Shown here in pieces: positions 47,743 to 57,394 of a stretch of DNA of 64,000 nt (positions are counted from its first letter, which is position 1; every line of letters begins with the position of its first letter). Origin of the DNA: a virus (taxonomy: Duplodnaviria; Caudoviricetes); the IMG/VR virus record IMGVR_UViG_3300035390_000014, positions 96,001-160,000 of that record. One strand, 5' to 3'. The position numbers and the translations under genes are program-made. The notes below the pieces were generated by a model. That model searched no databases and was not told where the DNA came from. It saw only the letters and a list, made by a program, of their open reading frames with translations.

Positions 47743-48654
47743 ATGAAAAGACAAGCGTTAGTAGATCAATTCAAAAAGGTTGGATTGGTGCTAAAAATTA
47801 CCAATGGTCCGATTGGTAGAACAACAAATGATGATATCTTTCAAATGGACGTTGGTCGTAAGGTCACTGGAACAAGACGTATTGAATGGTTTGAAATCTG
47901 GCCTGGTCATGATGATAACAAAATTCAAATTCTTGATATTGACAATAAACTTAATCAGGTTCTTCTTTTGGTTCATGAACCTGAAAGAATTTTTGAAACA
48001 GAAGAGAAAAAGCAAACTGGAAAATGGAGAGATACTCCAGAAGAAAGAAAACAATGGTTTGAAAACAATAGAGTTAAATATCGTGAAACTGAAACTCATT
48101 TCTATATCATTGAAAAATCTCCATCTTTTGTTAGGCATTTTCTCATGGGTGTTGATGAACGTCAACTTTTTGTTGCTCAACTCATTAATGGAACAACATC
48201 TATTAATGAGGCAAGAAAACAATTAGGAAGTAGTGTTAAGTTTCATGAAGGTGTTAGAAAAATGTCACCTAAACGTCAAGGTGAATGGTTCTTTCTTAGA
48301 GCAACCAGAAAACAAGAAGACTTGATTGATTTGTTAATTCAAAAAAATAAAGCATGGATTGTTAAAAAAGCCAATATTGGTGCTTATTCAGGTAAGCCAA
48401 GAGGTAATCCACATGTTGCTGATGAATTAGTTGTAATTAATGTTCATCCTGAATCTCTTGAAAGACTTGGTTGGTCTAAAAATAAACGTAAGAGAAATCC
48501 TAGAAGAGGAATTCCTATTAGAACAACCCAGGTTTATGTTCGTGGTGCCATTAGGCATATTGATCATAAAACTATTAAGTATTCTCATTGGTATCAGGTT
48601 GTTCTTAACAACGAAGGTAATACTGAAAGTGCTACTCAAAGCTGGATAGATTAA
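47743..48654 (+). CDS. hypothetical protein
   Basis: 303 aa; RQGEWFF; AAGGAG RBS after motif B. Confidence 0.65.
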   Translation: MKRQALVDQFKKVGLVLKITNGPIGRTTNDDIFQMDVGRKVTGTRRIEWFEIWPGHDDNKIQILDIDNKLNQVLLLVHEPERIFETEEKKQTGKWRDTPEERKQWFENNRVKYRETETHFYIIEKSPSFVRHFLMGVDERQLFVAQLINGTTSINEARKQLGSSVKFHEGVRKMSPKRQGEWFFLRATRKQEDLIDLLIQKNKAWIVKKANIGAYSGKPRGNPHVADELVVINVHPESLERLGWSKNKRKRNPRRGIPIRTTQVYVRGAIRHIDHKTIKYSHWYQVVLNNEGNTESATQSWID

Positions 48655-48662
48655 ATTAAATA

Positions 48663-48737
48663 GGTGGTATGGTCCGAGAGGCTAGGCACTGGATTGCAAA
48701 TCCAGATACGTGGGTTCGACTCCCTCTACCACCTCCA
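48663..48737 (+). tRNA. tRNA-Cys(GCA)
   Basis: CTGGA-TTGCAAA-TCCAG, U73-CCA. Confidence 0.93.
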
Positions 48738-48749
48738 ATTAAAAGGTGA

Positions 48750-49349
48750 ATGATGAAATCTCAAGTAATGGAATCGTTGGATTTAAAGATTACTGGACAT
48801 TTGAATTTATTTAAACTAACGTATGAGAATAAGAATGGGGATATAAAACCTTGGTTATTGGCATCCAGAAAAAGTGTGCCTAAAGTAATGTCAAGAGATT
48901 TTTCTCCGGATGCAGTTGTTATAATGGCTATGGTGAAAGAAACGCTTGAGTATGTTATTCTTAGAGAGTATCGACCAAGTGTTGATGGGGTAATGATTGA
49001 ATTTCCAGCCGGGAAAATTGATCCTGGTGAATCAATTGAGGATGCTGTTAGAAGAGAATTAAAAGAAGAAACAGGGTTTGACTTAGTAGGAATAACACAT
49101 CAAAGTCCGCCCTTATATTCATCCTCAGGAATGACAGATGAATCAATAGTGTTTGTTAAATGTATGTGTGAAGGCGAACTCTCAATAGACGGTCTTGAGG
49201 AATCAGAAGAGATTCAACCTTTTACATGTAGTCCTCTTTATCTTCAAGAACTCCTACATGAAGAAAATGTTTTCTATGATGTTAGGTTGTGGATGGCACT
49301 TAATACTATTGATATACCAAGGAACATTACAGGGGTTAGAAATAGATAA
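48750..49349 (+). CDS. NUDIX hydrolase (ADP-ribose pyrophosphatase-like)
   Basis: AGKIDPGESIEDAVRRELKEETG Nudix box. Confidence 0.9.
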   Translation: MMKSQVMESLDLKITGHLNLFKLTYENKNGDIKPWLLASRKSVPKVMSRDFSPDAVVIMAMVKETLEYVILREYRPSVDGVMIEFPAGKIDPGESIEDAVRRELKEETGFDLVGITHQSPPLYSSSGMTDESIVFVKCMCEGELSIDGLEESEEIQPFTCSPLYLQELLHEENVFYDVRLWMALNTIDIPRNITGVRNR

Positions 49350-49526
49350 AAAAGAATAAAAAAGGGTTGCTCATTTAGGACTCTTTTTTTTTTGTATAAA
49401 TTTTGTGAGATAGAAACATAAACATATAGAACATATTATAAATGATAGAGTCGACTATAAAATAAATAAATTACCATATCTGAGTTGGTCGCAGATTCAA
49501 GGTATTAAATTAAGGAAATAAGTAAC

Positions 49527-49727
49527 ATGGCACAAGGAACAGTAAAATGGTTTAACGACGAAAAGGGTTTTGGATTCATTGAAAGAGATGGAGCTCCAGA
49601 TGTATTTGTACATTATTCAGAAATTCAGAGTAATGGTTTTAAAAAATTAGAAGAAGGCGATAAGGTCTCTTTTGATGTAGAAGAAGGTACAAAAGGTCCA
49701 CAGGCTAAGAATGTAATCAAATCTTAA
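49527..49727 (+). CDS. cspA: cold-shock protein
   Basis: [26 protein letters not shown]. Confidence 0.93.
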   Translation: MAQGTVKWFNDEKGFGFIERDGAPDVFVHYSEIQSNGFKKLEEGDKVSFDVEEGTKGPQAKNVIKS

Positions 49728-50152
49728 AGGTGAATCATGGGTGATTGGAGTGTTCCAATATCAATAATAGCGTTATATATTGCTATGTTTATATTTGCAA
49801 TATTGTGGTTTGAAGAAATTTTAAAAATTAAATTTTATTGTCAACTTTATTTAACAATAACTTGTACTGCAATACTTTGGTGTTTTTATTTAGGAAGCAA
49901 AAGTTATACAATAATTTATTCTTCAAATAAAGATGAAGCAGGTGTTAAACGATTTATAGAATTTCCAATCATCTGGATGTAATATGTAATATACAACCAC
50001 GTTGAGGGATGAAAGATTCCCAAAGTTGAAATCCTTAGGGAGACGAGATATCAATGAACCCTTTGAAGTAAGTAAACTACGTGGTTTACACATTAGAAAT
50101 TTTCTTTGACATATAGAACATATTATAAATGATGAATTTATATAGGTGATAT

Positions 50153-50650
50153 ATGTATGAATGTTATAAATGTGGAAGAGAATTTAGTAAAGCTGAGGGG
50201 TTATCCAAACATGTAAAATCATGTGTTGGTAAAAGGTATTGTAAACAGTGTGGCATAGAAACAAAAAATCCAAAATTTTGCTCATCTAGTTGCGCTGAAA
50301 CTTATAACAATACTCAGTATTTATTAGAAACAAAAAAAGAAGAGGCAGTATCTTATGAACTATCTGCTAAACCTTATTTTGAATTATCAATACATGACAG
50401 AAAAGAAATTTTATGGCTTGAACAAAAGCACAAATGTTTGACTTGTGAATTTGATTTGTATGATCCTATAAATGTACCATATGAAATATATCATGTAGAT
50501 GGTAATGATACTAATAAACAAAGATCTAATGAACAATTGTTATGTTGCAATTGTTATAATATGAAACCAAATTATAGATTCAAAGGTATAAAGCATACTA
50601 AAGAATCTAAAAAAATAAAGAAAAAGATGTTAACAATTATGCCCCTATAG
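50153..50650 (+). CDS. zinc finger / HNH-like endonuclease, possibly degenerate
   Basis: IYHVDGNDTN..NEQLLCCNC; stop lies inside tRNA-Arg. Confidence 0.65.
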   Translation: MYECYKCGREFSKAEGLSKHVKSCVGKRYCKQCGIETKNPKFCSSSCAETYNNTQYLLETKKEEAVSYELSAKPYFELSIHDRKEILWLEQKHKCLTCEFDLYDPINVPYEIYHVDGNDTNKQRSNEQLLCCNCYNMKPNYRFKGIKHTKESKKIKKKMLTIMPL

Positions 50651-50715
50651 CTCAGCGAAAAGAGCATGAGGTTTCTACCCTCTGTGCGCAGGTTTGATTC
50701 CTGCTAGGGGTTCCA
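50641..50715 (+). tRNA. tRNA-Arg(UCU)
   Basis: GAGG-TTTCTAC-CCTC, CCA. Confidence 0.85.
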
Positions 50716-51075
50716 TTTTTAAAAGGTAGATTATGAATAAGATAACAGTTTTATATTGGATAGGATATAATTATTCAGATATAAATATAGACCATGAACA
50801 ATCATATGACTATTCAGAAAAAACAAAAAATGAACTTATCAATCTATTTTTAGGTCACGGTCATCATGTAATGTTACAACAACGAGATGAAACATTATTA
50901 ATATCAATAGATGATCGTCAATTTAAACAAAGATAAAAGGAGGTCAACATGAAAAAAATGTATTGGAAAGGTAACTGGGCATAGGTAAATAGACCACCCT
51001 AATACAAAGTATAATTTATATTAACGACTAAAATCTAGTTAAAACAAATTATATTTATTATTAGGAGAACTACAA

Positions 51076-51405
51076 ATGACTTTCAAAGAATTAAAAAACA
51101 GTATCAAAAAACAATTAAAAGAAACAGCTAACACTATTCGTATTTTAAAAGCAGCAAGAAAACCTCATGTCTATAATAGCAACCCTGCATTATATGATAA
51201 GTTAGGTGATCTAGATTCACTCAGGTATAGTATAAGACATAAACACATTGCTTATTGCATGTTTTTCAATGGAACTGAATATGGTGATATTGAAAGAAAA
51301 TGTAATGAGAGTCCATACATTGGTAGAATTGATCAGTATAAAAAAGAATGGTCTTATATTGTGGAGGCGAATCAAGATGCAAAAACTGTACGTGATAGTG
51401 CGTAA
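51076..51405 (+). CDS. hypothetical protein
   Basis: AGGAG RBS; RHKHIAYC. Confidence 0.6.
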   Translation: MTFKELKNSIKKQLKETANTIRILKAARKPHVYNSNPALYDKLGDLDSLRYSIRHKHIAYCMFFNGTEYGDIERKCNESPYIGRIDQYKKEWSYIVEANQDAKTVRDSA

Positions 51406-51667
51406 GGATCTAAGTCCTTCACAAATAGCTGTTCAAGCAGGTCACGCAGTAGCAGAATATTTAGTTAATGATTCAAAGACTTGGAAAAATGAGATCCTAA
51501 TTTATTTGGGAGTTCCTGGTCTTAGACAGTTACATAGATGGATGATGAAACTTGATAATCAAGATGTTAAATATACTGCATGGCGAGAACCTGATATTAA
51601 TAATGAAGTGACAGCAATAGCAAGCACTGGTTCAAGTGAATTTTTTAAAACATTGAACCTATTATAA
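51377..51667 (+). CDS. peptidyl-tRNA hydrolase 2-like protein
   Basis: KLYVIVRKDL..QIAVQAGHA; WREPD..TAIA. Confidence 0.75.
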   Translation: MQKLYVIVRKDLSPSQIAVQAGHAVAEYLVNDSKTWKNEILIYLGVPGLRQLHRWMMKLDNQDVKYTAWREPDINNEVTAIASTGSSEFFKTLNLL

Positions 51668-51743
51668 GCCGGTGTAGCTTATTGGGAGAGCCGAGAACTC
51701 TAAATTCTTGATTGAGTAAGTTCGATCCTTACCATCGGCACCA
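51668..51743 (+). tRNA. amber suppressor tRNA (CUA)
   Basis: GCCGGTG/CATCGGC, GAGAA-CTCTAAA-TTCTT, canonical D and T arms, A73-CCA. Confidence 0.88.
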
Positions 51744-51771
51744 AAATAATAATCATCCTGGGGATTAAAAT

Positions 51772-52407
51772 ATGTATTATACACTTTATAAAACTACCAA
51801 TATATTAAATGGGAAATTTTATATTGGGTGTCATAAAACAAATGATCTCCATGATGATTATATTGGTTCAGGCAAATATTTAACTAATTCTATTAATAAA
51901 TATGGTATAGAAAATTTTATCAAAGAAATAATGCAATTATTTTTTTCATCTGAACAAATGTATGAGATGGAAAGTTTATTAGTTGATGAAAAATTTGTTG
52001 AAAGAAAAGATACTTATAATTTAAAAGTTGGTGGTGAAGGCGGTTTTGATTATATTAATGAAAATGGATTAAAATGTAAAACTCCTTTTATGTCTGATGC
52101 ATTTATTAATGCTAGAGAAAAAGTAATATTAAAAAGAAAAACCGATCTTGAATATGCTAAACAACATTATAAAAAAACAAGAGAAGGTTTAAAAAAATAT
52201 TATAAAACTAATTATAATGCATTTAAAAATCAACAACATACTGAAGAAACAAAAAAGAAAATAGGTTTAAACACCTCTTTTCATCAAAAGGGTAAAAAAA
52301 ATTCTCAGTATGGGACAATGTGGATAACCGATGGTATTAATAATAAAAAAATAAAAAAAGTTTCTATGATTCCAGAAGGTTGGAATAAAGGTAGAAAATT
52401 GAAATAA
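51772..52407 (+). CDS. GIY-YIG homing endonuclease
   Basis: YTLY..KFYIGCH..YIGSG. Confidence 0.85.
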   Translation: MYYTLYKTTNILNGKFYIGCHKTNDLHDDYIGSGKYLTNSINKYGIENFIKEIMQLFFSSEQMYEMESLLVDEKFVERKDTYNLKVGGEGGFDYINENGLKCKTPFMSDAFINAREKVILKRKTDLEYAKQHYKKTREGLKKYYKTNYNAFKNQQHTEETKKKIGLNTSFHQKGKKNSQYGTMWITDGINNKKIKKVSMIPEGWNKGRKLK

Positions 52408-52486
52408 GTCCCTGTATACCCTCTGATTACGAACCAGATGAAAGGTTAACGGACACATGGAGGTTCGAATCCTCTCAGGGATACCA
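52408..52486 (+). tRNA. rearranged tRNA-Arg(ACG)-like gene
   Basis: GTCCCTG/CAGGGAT plus ACCA; T arm; TCTGA-TTACGAA-CCAGA arm begins 7 nt after the acceptor strand. Confidence 0.65.
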
Positions 52487-52655
52487 AAAGTAAGCACCGG
52501 AGTTATCGGTGAAAAGATTGCTGGTGGAAGTCAACATGTTCATGCGATGGGGTTTAATTGGAGGGTATCTACGAATGCCCTCCAATTATTCCGTTGGAAA
52601 ATTTATACAAAAAAAAGAGACTTACCACATATGTAATGTGTGCTCTTTTTTTGTA

Positions 52656-52850
52656 TTAATTTAATTTATATTTTAATTCTTTAACTTTTCTATTAAATTC
52701 ATCAACTTTACTTTCATATTTTTTTCTGGCTTCTTTCATTCTATGATCTGATGATGTTGTGAGACCTAAAAATATAGCTGTATTTAAATTAAGTTTAATT
52801 AAATCCAATTCAATTTGCATCTCATTAATTTTTTCAATAATATTTGACAT
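52656..52850 (-). CDS. hypothetical coiled-coil protein
   Basis: Part of the minus-strand island. Confidence 0.55.
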   Translation of the reverse strand: MSNIIEKINEMQIELDLIKLNLNTAIFLGLTTSSDHRMKEARKKYESKVDEFNRKVKELKYKLN

Positions 52851-53253
52851 AATGACTTATTTTTCCTTCTTTTCAGATTTCTTTTCTTCATCTTCATCAA
52901 TTTTCTTCAAAAACCAATAACAATTAACAAATAAATTTTTAGATATTTGTTCATCTGTTATGTCTTCCGCCATTATTATTCTCCTTTAAATTCAAAGGTT
53001 GTAACAAAGATAATGTCTTAGCGGATATATAAACATTGATATAACCCATTACCTTTGTCACACCCTTATTAAGATTGCTAAGATGAACCTTAGTAAGAGT
53101 GTGACCGACATTAGTTTTCCTTCCCCAATGCCTTCGGAAGTTTAAAAATTTTATTTTTTCTTTGCGAGATATATCAATCCCCAAAGAACCAGCCCGACCA
53201 TAACTATGTATGGCCAATAATTACAGAAAAATAACATATTTTTTCTCCATAAA

Positions 53254-53499
53254 TTAATAATTAATAGTATAAGTATAACCAAATTCATTATACTTAGATA
53301 CATCCACATCCTTTATTGCTCCAGCCTTTTTTAGAACTATTATAGCTCTAAAAATATGCATAACAGGAACATTAGGAAGTAACTCAGTCACATCTTGATC
53401 CCGAAAGAAAAATGGGAACCCATTCCAATTATAATCTGTTTTAGAATGACGATCTTGAAGAGTTCTAACTGCTGCCAGGACTTGAATAAATAAATTCAT
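53254..53499 (-). CDS. hypothetical protein, possible winged helix
   Basis: AGGAG RBS; downstream of minus-strand motif B. Confidence 0.55.
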   Translation of the reverse strand: MNLFIQVLAAVRTLQDRHSKTDYNWNGFPFFFRDQDVTELLPNVPVMHIFRAIIVLKKAGAIKDVDVSKYNEFGYTYTINY

Positions 53500-53661
53500 G
53501 TTATTCTCCTATAAAAAATTATATATACCGGAATATCTGAGTGATAATCCTTATATGCTATTACTCAATAATATATATAGTAAATCCATCTAAATGGGAT
53601 CCCTAAATAAGAAACTATTTTCAACAAAAGGAACATATTATAAATTAAAGGAGAATGATTT

Positions 53662-54132
53662 ATGAGCGAAACAATTATTGTAGCACCACATTCAGACGAC
53701 GAAATTATTGGATGTTTTCAAATTTTGGACAACCCAGATATAAAACCTATTATTATTTACACAGAAGATATGGACAAAGAAAGACAAAATGAATGTAGAG
53801 GAATAAGAGAACATTTCTCAATTAAAGGTCAAATGTTTCTCCATAGTATCCCACCTCAATTTTTAAATACATTAAATACATTTTATTTTCCAGGTCCTGA
53901 TGAAATTCACCCAGCTCATAGAACTCAAGCAGCTATAGGTGAAGCGTTGGCAAGACAAGGGTTGAATGTTATTTTTTATTCTACAAATATGAATGTTCCT
54001 TTTATTGAGGAAGAAACATTTCCAGATAGAAAAAAAGAAATGTTAGATAAAATTTATCCTAGTCAATCTGATTTATGGAAGTATGACCATAAGTACTTTT
54101 TGTTTCGTGGATTTATGAAATGGATCTTCTAA
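53662..54132 (+). CDS. PIG-L/LmbE family deacetylase
   Basis: VAPHSDDE, HPAH. Confidence 0.75.
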   Translation: MSETIIVAPHSDDEIIGCFQILDNPDIKPIIIYTEDMDKERQNECRGIREHFSIKGQMFLHSIPPQFLNTLNTFYFPGPDEIHPAHRTQAAIGEALARQGLNVIFYSTNMNVPFIEEETFPDRKKEMLDKIYPSQSDLWKYDHKYFLFRGFMKWIF

Positions 54133-54362
54133 GTAATATAGTTGGTTGTATATCATTAATAACAACTGTCATTGGAATGTATTATGTTTCTAAAAAAATA
54201 AAAACTGGTTTTATATATTATAGTATAAGTTTAATTGCTCAATTGATTTTATTTATACTAATATCTAATTGGTTTTTAGTTTTACAAATGGTAGTATTAT
54301 TATCATCTAATGTATATATTTATTGGAAATGGAGAAAAGACGATGTCATTAGTAATAATTGA
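54120..54362 (+). CDS. PnuC-like small membrane protein
   Basis: Three hydrophobic segments, C-terminal YWKW. Confidence 0.45.
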   Translation: MDLLSNIVGCISLITTVIGMYYVSKKIKTGFIYYSISLIAQLILFILISNWFLVLQMVVLLSSNVYIYWKWRKDDVISNN

Positions 54363-54636
54363 AGATGATATATTAGAGAAATGTATTGATAAATGGGGTG
54401 CTAATTTTCAGGTTGAATTAGCAGTAGAAGAGATTGGTGAATTAATTGAACAATTAGGTTCAACTCTTAAATCAATTAATCAATATAAAAGAGATAGAAT
54501 TGGGTTAGAAAGATTAATGGAAGAATTTGCTGATGTATTTTTAATGATGCAGCAAATGAGAGCAATTGATCAAAAATTATTTGATGATATTTCTGAATAT
54601 AAAGTGGAGAGATTAAAGGAGAGATTAGAAAAATGA
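54343..54636 (+). CDS. MazG-like NTP pyrophosphatase
   Basis: EEIGEL and EEFADV. Confidence 0.7.
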   Translation: MSLVIIEDDILEKCIDKWGANFQVELAVEEIGELIEQLGSTLKSINQYKRDRIGLERLMEEFADVFLMMQQMRAIDQKLFDDISEYKVERLKERLEK

Positions 54637-54860
54637 AAGATCTTAGTTTTGTATTGAGTATTGGTAGTAGTGAAGATGGGGAAATAGCAAGTAGACAATT
54701 AACTGTTGAATGGAATAAAGAATTAGAAACTAATATGAAAGTATATCATAATTTAGATCTTAAAAATTCTATTAGTGGGATACTTTTAGATCAAATAAAA
54801 GAATCAATTACTTTAGAATTAATAGAAGAATTAATAGATGATGCCTTAGAGGTGAATTAA

Positions 54861-55835
54861 ATGAGTAGATTAATTTATGTTCCTCAATATCCAGCTAACA
54901 TGCGCTATCAGGAATGGTGGCTTTCTGAGTTCACTAAAGAGTTTGAAAAAGAATATGATGAAGTAGAAATTCTTGGACTAAATTGGTTGGTACAAAATAT
55001 GGATTATGTTAGTAGTGAATATGATACAGCCATGTTTTCTCCAATTAATAAAGCTGCTAGATTTGAAACATCACAAATGGATGACTATATGGCTCTTGAT
55101 ATACGTGATGATGATACCCTATTTCTCTCTGACATAAGCTTTCCTGGGTTGTTTTGTAATGTCCTATACCATAAGACGTGTCCAAAAATGTACGCGTTCT
55201 GCCACGCCACATCGCTTAATAAGTATGATTATTTTGCACCTATGCGTAAACATAAAAAGAAAATTGAATTAAATCACGCTCAGTTATTTGATGGTATTTT
55301 CTTTGGAAGTTATTATAGTATAAATAAAACTAAATGGTCTGAAAAAGGTATTAAGTGTCATAGAGTAACACTACCAGCGCCTCCAGAAGATTTAATTAAA
55401 CCAGTCCATGTCAGTGATTATAGAGATATTGATATTGTTTCTGTTTGTAGACCTTCTATTCAAAAGGTAAATAAAAAACTTGAGAAAAAAGTTGAACAAG
55501 CTTTAGGTATTAAAATACATAGAGAAGAAGTTAATACTTGGGAACAGTATAATATTTTACTAGCCAGATCAAAAGTATTACTAATTTCGACAAAAGAAGA
55601 CACTTTTAACTACACGATCATGGATGCTATTAGATGTGGTTGTATTCCGTTGGTTCCTAATACATTATGTTTCCCTGAAATTGTTCCATTGTATTGGCGA
55701 TATAGTCATGCAGGAAATTTAATTTTAAAATTGCAACATATATTTAATGATAAAACATTTATTTTACCAGAAATGATTTGTCAAGATGAAGTTGATAATT
55801 TTTTTAAAAATATAATTAAAATAATGAAGAGGTAA
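54861..55835 (+). CDS. GT-B glycosyltransferase
   Basis: EDTFNYTIMDAIRCGCIPLVP...FPE. Confidence 0.7.
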   Translation: MSRLIYVPQYPANMRYQEWWLSEFTKEFEKEYDEVEILGLNWLVQNMDYVSSEYDTAMFSPINKAARFETSQMDDYMALDIRDDDTLFLSDISFPGLFCNVLYHKTCPKMYAFCHATSLNKYDYFAPMRKHKKKIELNHAQLFDGIFFGSYYSINKTKWSEKGIKCHRVTLPAPPEDLIKPVHVSDYRDIDIVSVCRPSIQKVNKKLEKKVEQALGIKIHREEVNTWEQYNILLARSKVLLISTKEDTFNYTIMDAIRCGCIPLVPNTLCFPEIVPLYWRYSHAGNLILKLQHIFNDKTFILPEMICQDEVDNFFKNIIKIMKR

Positions 55836-55839
55836 ACAT

Positions 55840-56694
55840 ATGTTATGTGATTATGGTTGTGGTAAAGAGGCTACTCACCAATTTAAAAACGGTAAGTGGT
55901 GTTGTTCTAAACTATCAGTACATTGAGCTAAAATAGTTTCTATTAGGTCAATAGAAATAAAGAAAACTGCTAATACTCAAAAACATAAAGATAAAATGAG
56001 TAAAGTAATTAAAAAAATATGGAAAGACCCAAATCATATTTATAATGATAAAGAACATCAGAAAAAGAGAAATAAAATCTTAAGTAAAGCTCATTCTAAA
56101 CCAGAAACAAAAAAACTTAGATCAAAAATAATGAAAGAAAAATGGAAAGATAAAAATTCTGGATTGAATAACTCTAAAAGAAGTGAAGGAGCTTCAGAAT
56201 CAATGATAAAAGTTTGGAGTTCTCTTAGTGAAGAAGAAAGAAATCAGTGGTGTATTAACTGTTCTGTAGGATGGACTGAAGAAAAAAGGATAGAAAAATC
56301 TAAAGTTGCTAAACAAAAATGGTCAGAAGATGATTATAGAATTAAAATGAAAGATGGTAGACATAACTCTCCAAATAAGGAAGAAGAACAACTAGAAGAA
56401 TTATTAAATAATTTATTTCCCAATGAATATAAATTTGTAGGAAATTTTGATTTATTTATAAATGGTAAAAATCCAGATTTTGTAAATATTTTAAGTAAAA
56501 AAGTTATAGAATATTTTGGTTCTTATTGGCATAGTGAATTAATGACAGGTGAAAAAGAATATATTCATGAAAATAAAAGAATAAATCATTTTATAAATAG
56601 TGGATATAATTGTTTAATTATTTGGGATTTTGAATTTAAAAATAAGAAAGAACTTATTAAAAAATTAAAAAAATTTAATCAGGAGATATTATAA
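55840..56694 (+). CDS. Zn-module plus PD-(D/E)xK endonuclease with in-frame TGA (candidate selenoprotein or pseudogene)
   Basis: GAGG RBS and ATG 55840, MLCDYGCG..CCSKLSVH-TGA(55924)-AK, in frame with track ORF 55996; NPDF..IEYFGSYWH. Confidence 0.65.
55937..55957 (+). promoter_or_regulatory. candidate bacterial SECIS element
   Basis: TTTCTATT-AGGTC-AATAGAAA hairpin starting 11 nt after the TGA. Confidence 0.5.
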
Positions 56695-57200
56695 TGCCTT
56701 TTCGGACTTTTTTTGACTGGTGTTTTGATGGAAACATTAAAAATGAAATACCTAGTGGTGAAGGGGTTCCTGAGATTTTAAAATATAATTCACCAATTCA
56801 TTCAGATTTTTTGATGAAATCTTTTGTTACAAATGGTAAGTTGAATCATTACTTAAATAAATATCTTAATAATATTGGAGTTAGATATATTAGTAAAGAA
56901 GATTTATTTTATTTTTATAAACAATGTGTAATTGATTTTAAAATTAAAAGAGGTGATATTCATTATGTTGGGTGGTCAAAAAATGATATCTTATTTACTA
57001 AATTATCAAAGAAAAGACCTTTATTAAAGAAAGATGAAATACAAATATTATGTGAAATAATTGATAAATCAGATGATAAGGATTCTATATATAGGTCACT
57101 TGGTATTGATAAAAAAGAAGTAGAGAAAAAGAAAATAAAAAAGAAAGTCACCAAGATAAGTAGTAAGAATTTTATTGCTCAAAATTTTGGAATAATGTAG
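56694..57200 (+). CDS. hypothetical protein (possible replication accessory)
   Basis: Upstream of the polymerase; no clear motif. Confidence 0.55.
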   Translation: MPFRTFFDWCFDGNIKNEIPSGEGVPEILKYNSPIHSDFLMKSFVTNGKLNHYLNKYLNNIGVRYISKEDLFYFYKQCVIDFKIKRGDIHYVGWSKNDILFTKLSKKRPLLKKDEIQILCEIIDKSDDKDSIYRSLGIDKKEVEKKKIKKKVTKISSKNFIAQNFGIM

Positions 57201-57394
57201 GAGATTTTTATGAATTGTCATAATTGTAAAGCAAGTATGAAAAAAATGGGACAAACCAATACCTGGATACAAAAACATTTTTACTGGTGCCCAGAATGTG
57301 GAACATTTGCAATAGAAGAACACGACATTAAACTCCAACCAGATACTATATGGTATAAACCAGGTTATTTATTAGAATTTAATAAGGGGAAGAA

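Noticed and set aside
5409-51377. Track start codons at 5409, 13395, 20831, 31079, 42169, 43285, 46501 and 51248
   Set aside because: These extensions run through terminators, tmRNA, a riboswitch, tRNAs or upstream genes; downstream ATGs mostly have clear RBSs
51668-51743. Pyrrolysine tRNA (pylT)
   Set aside because: It has two nucleotides between acceptor and D stem, a GG-containing D loop, a TTCG T loop and a 5-6 nt variable region, unlike pylT; no pyl genes seen
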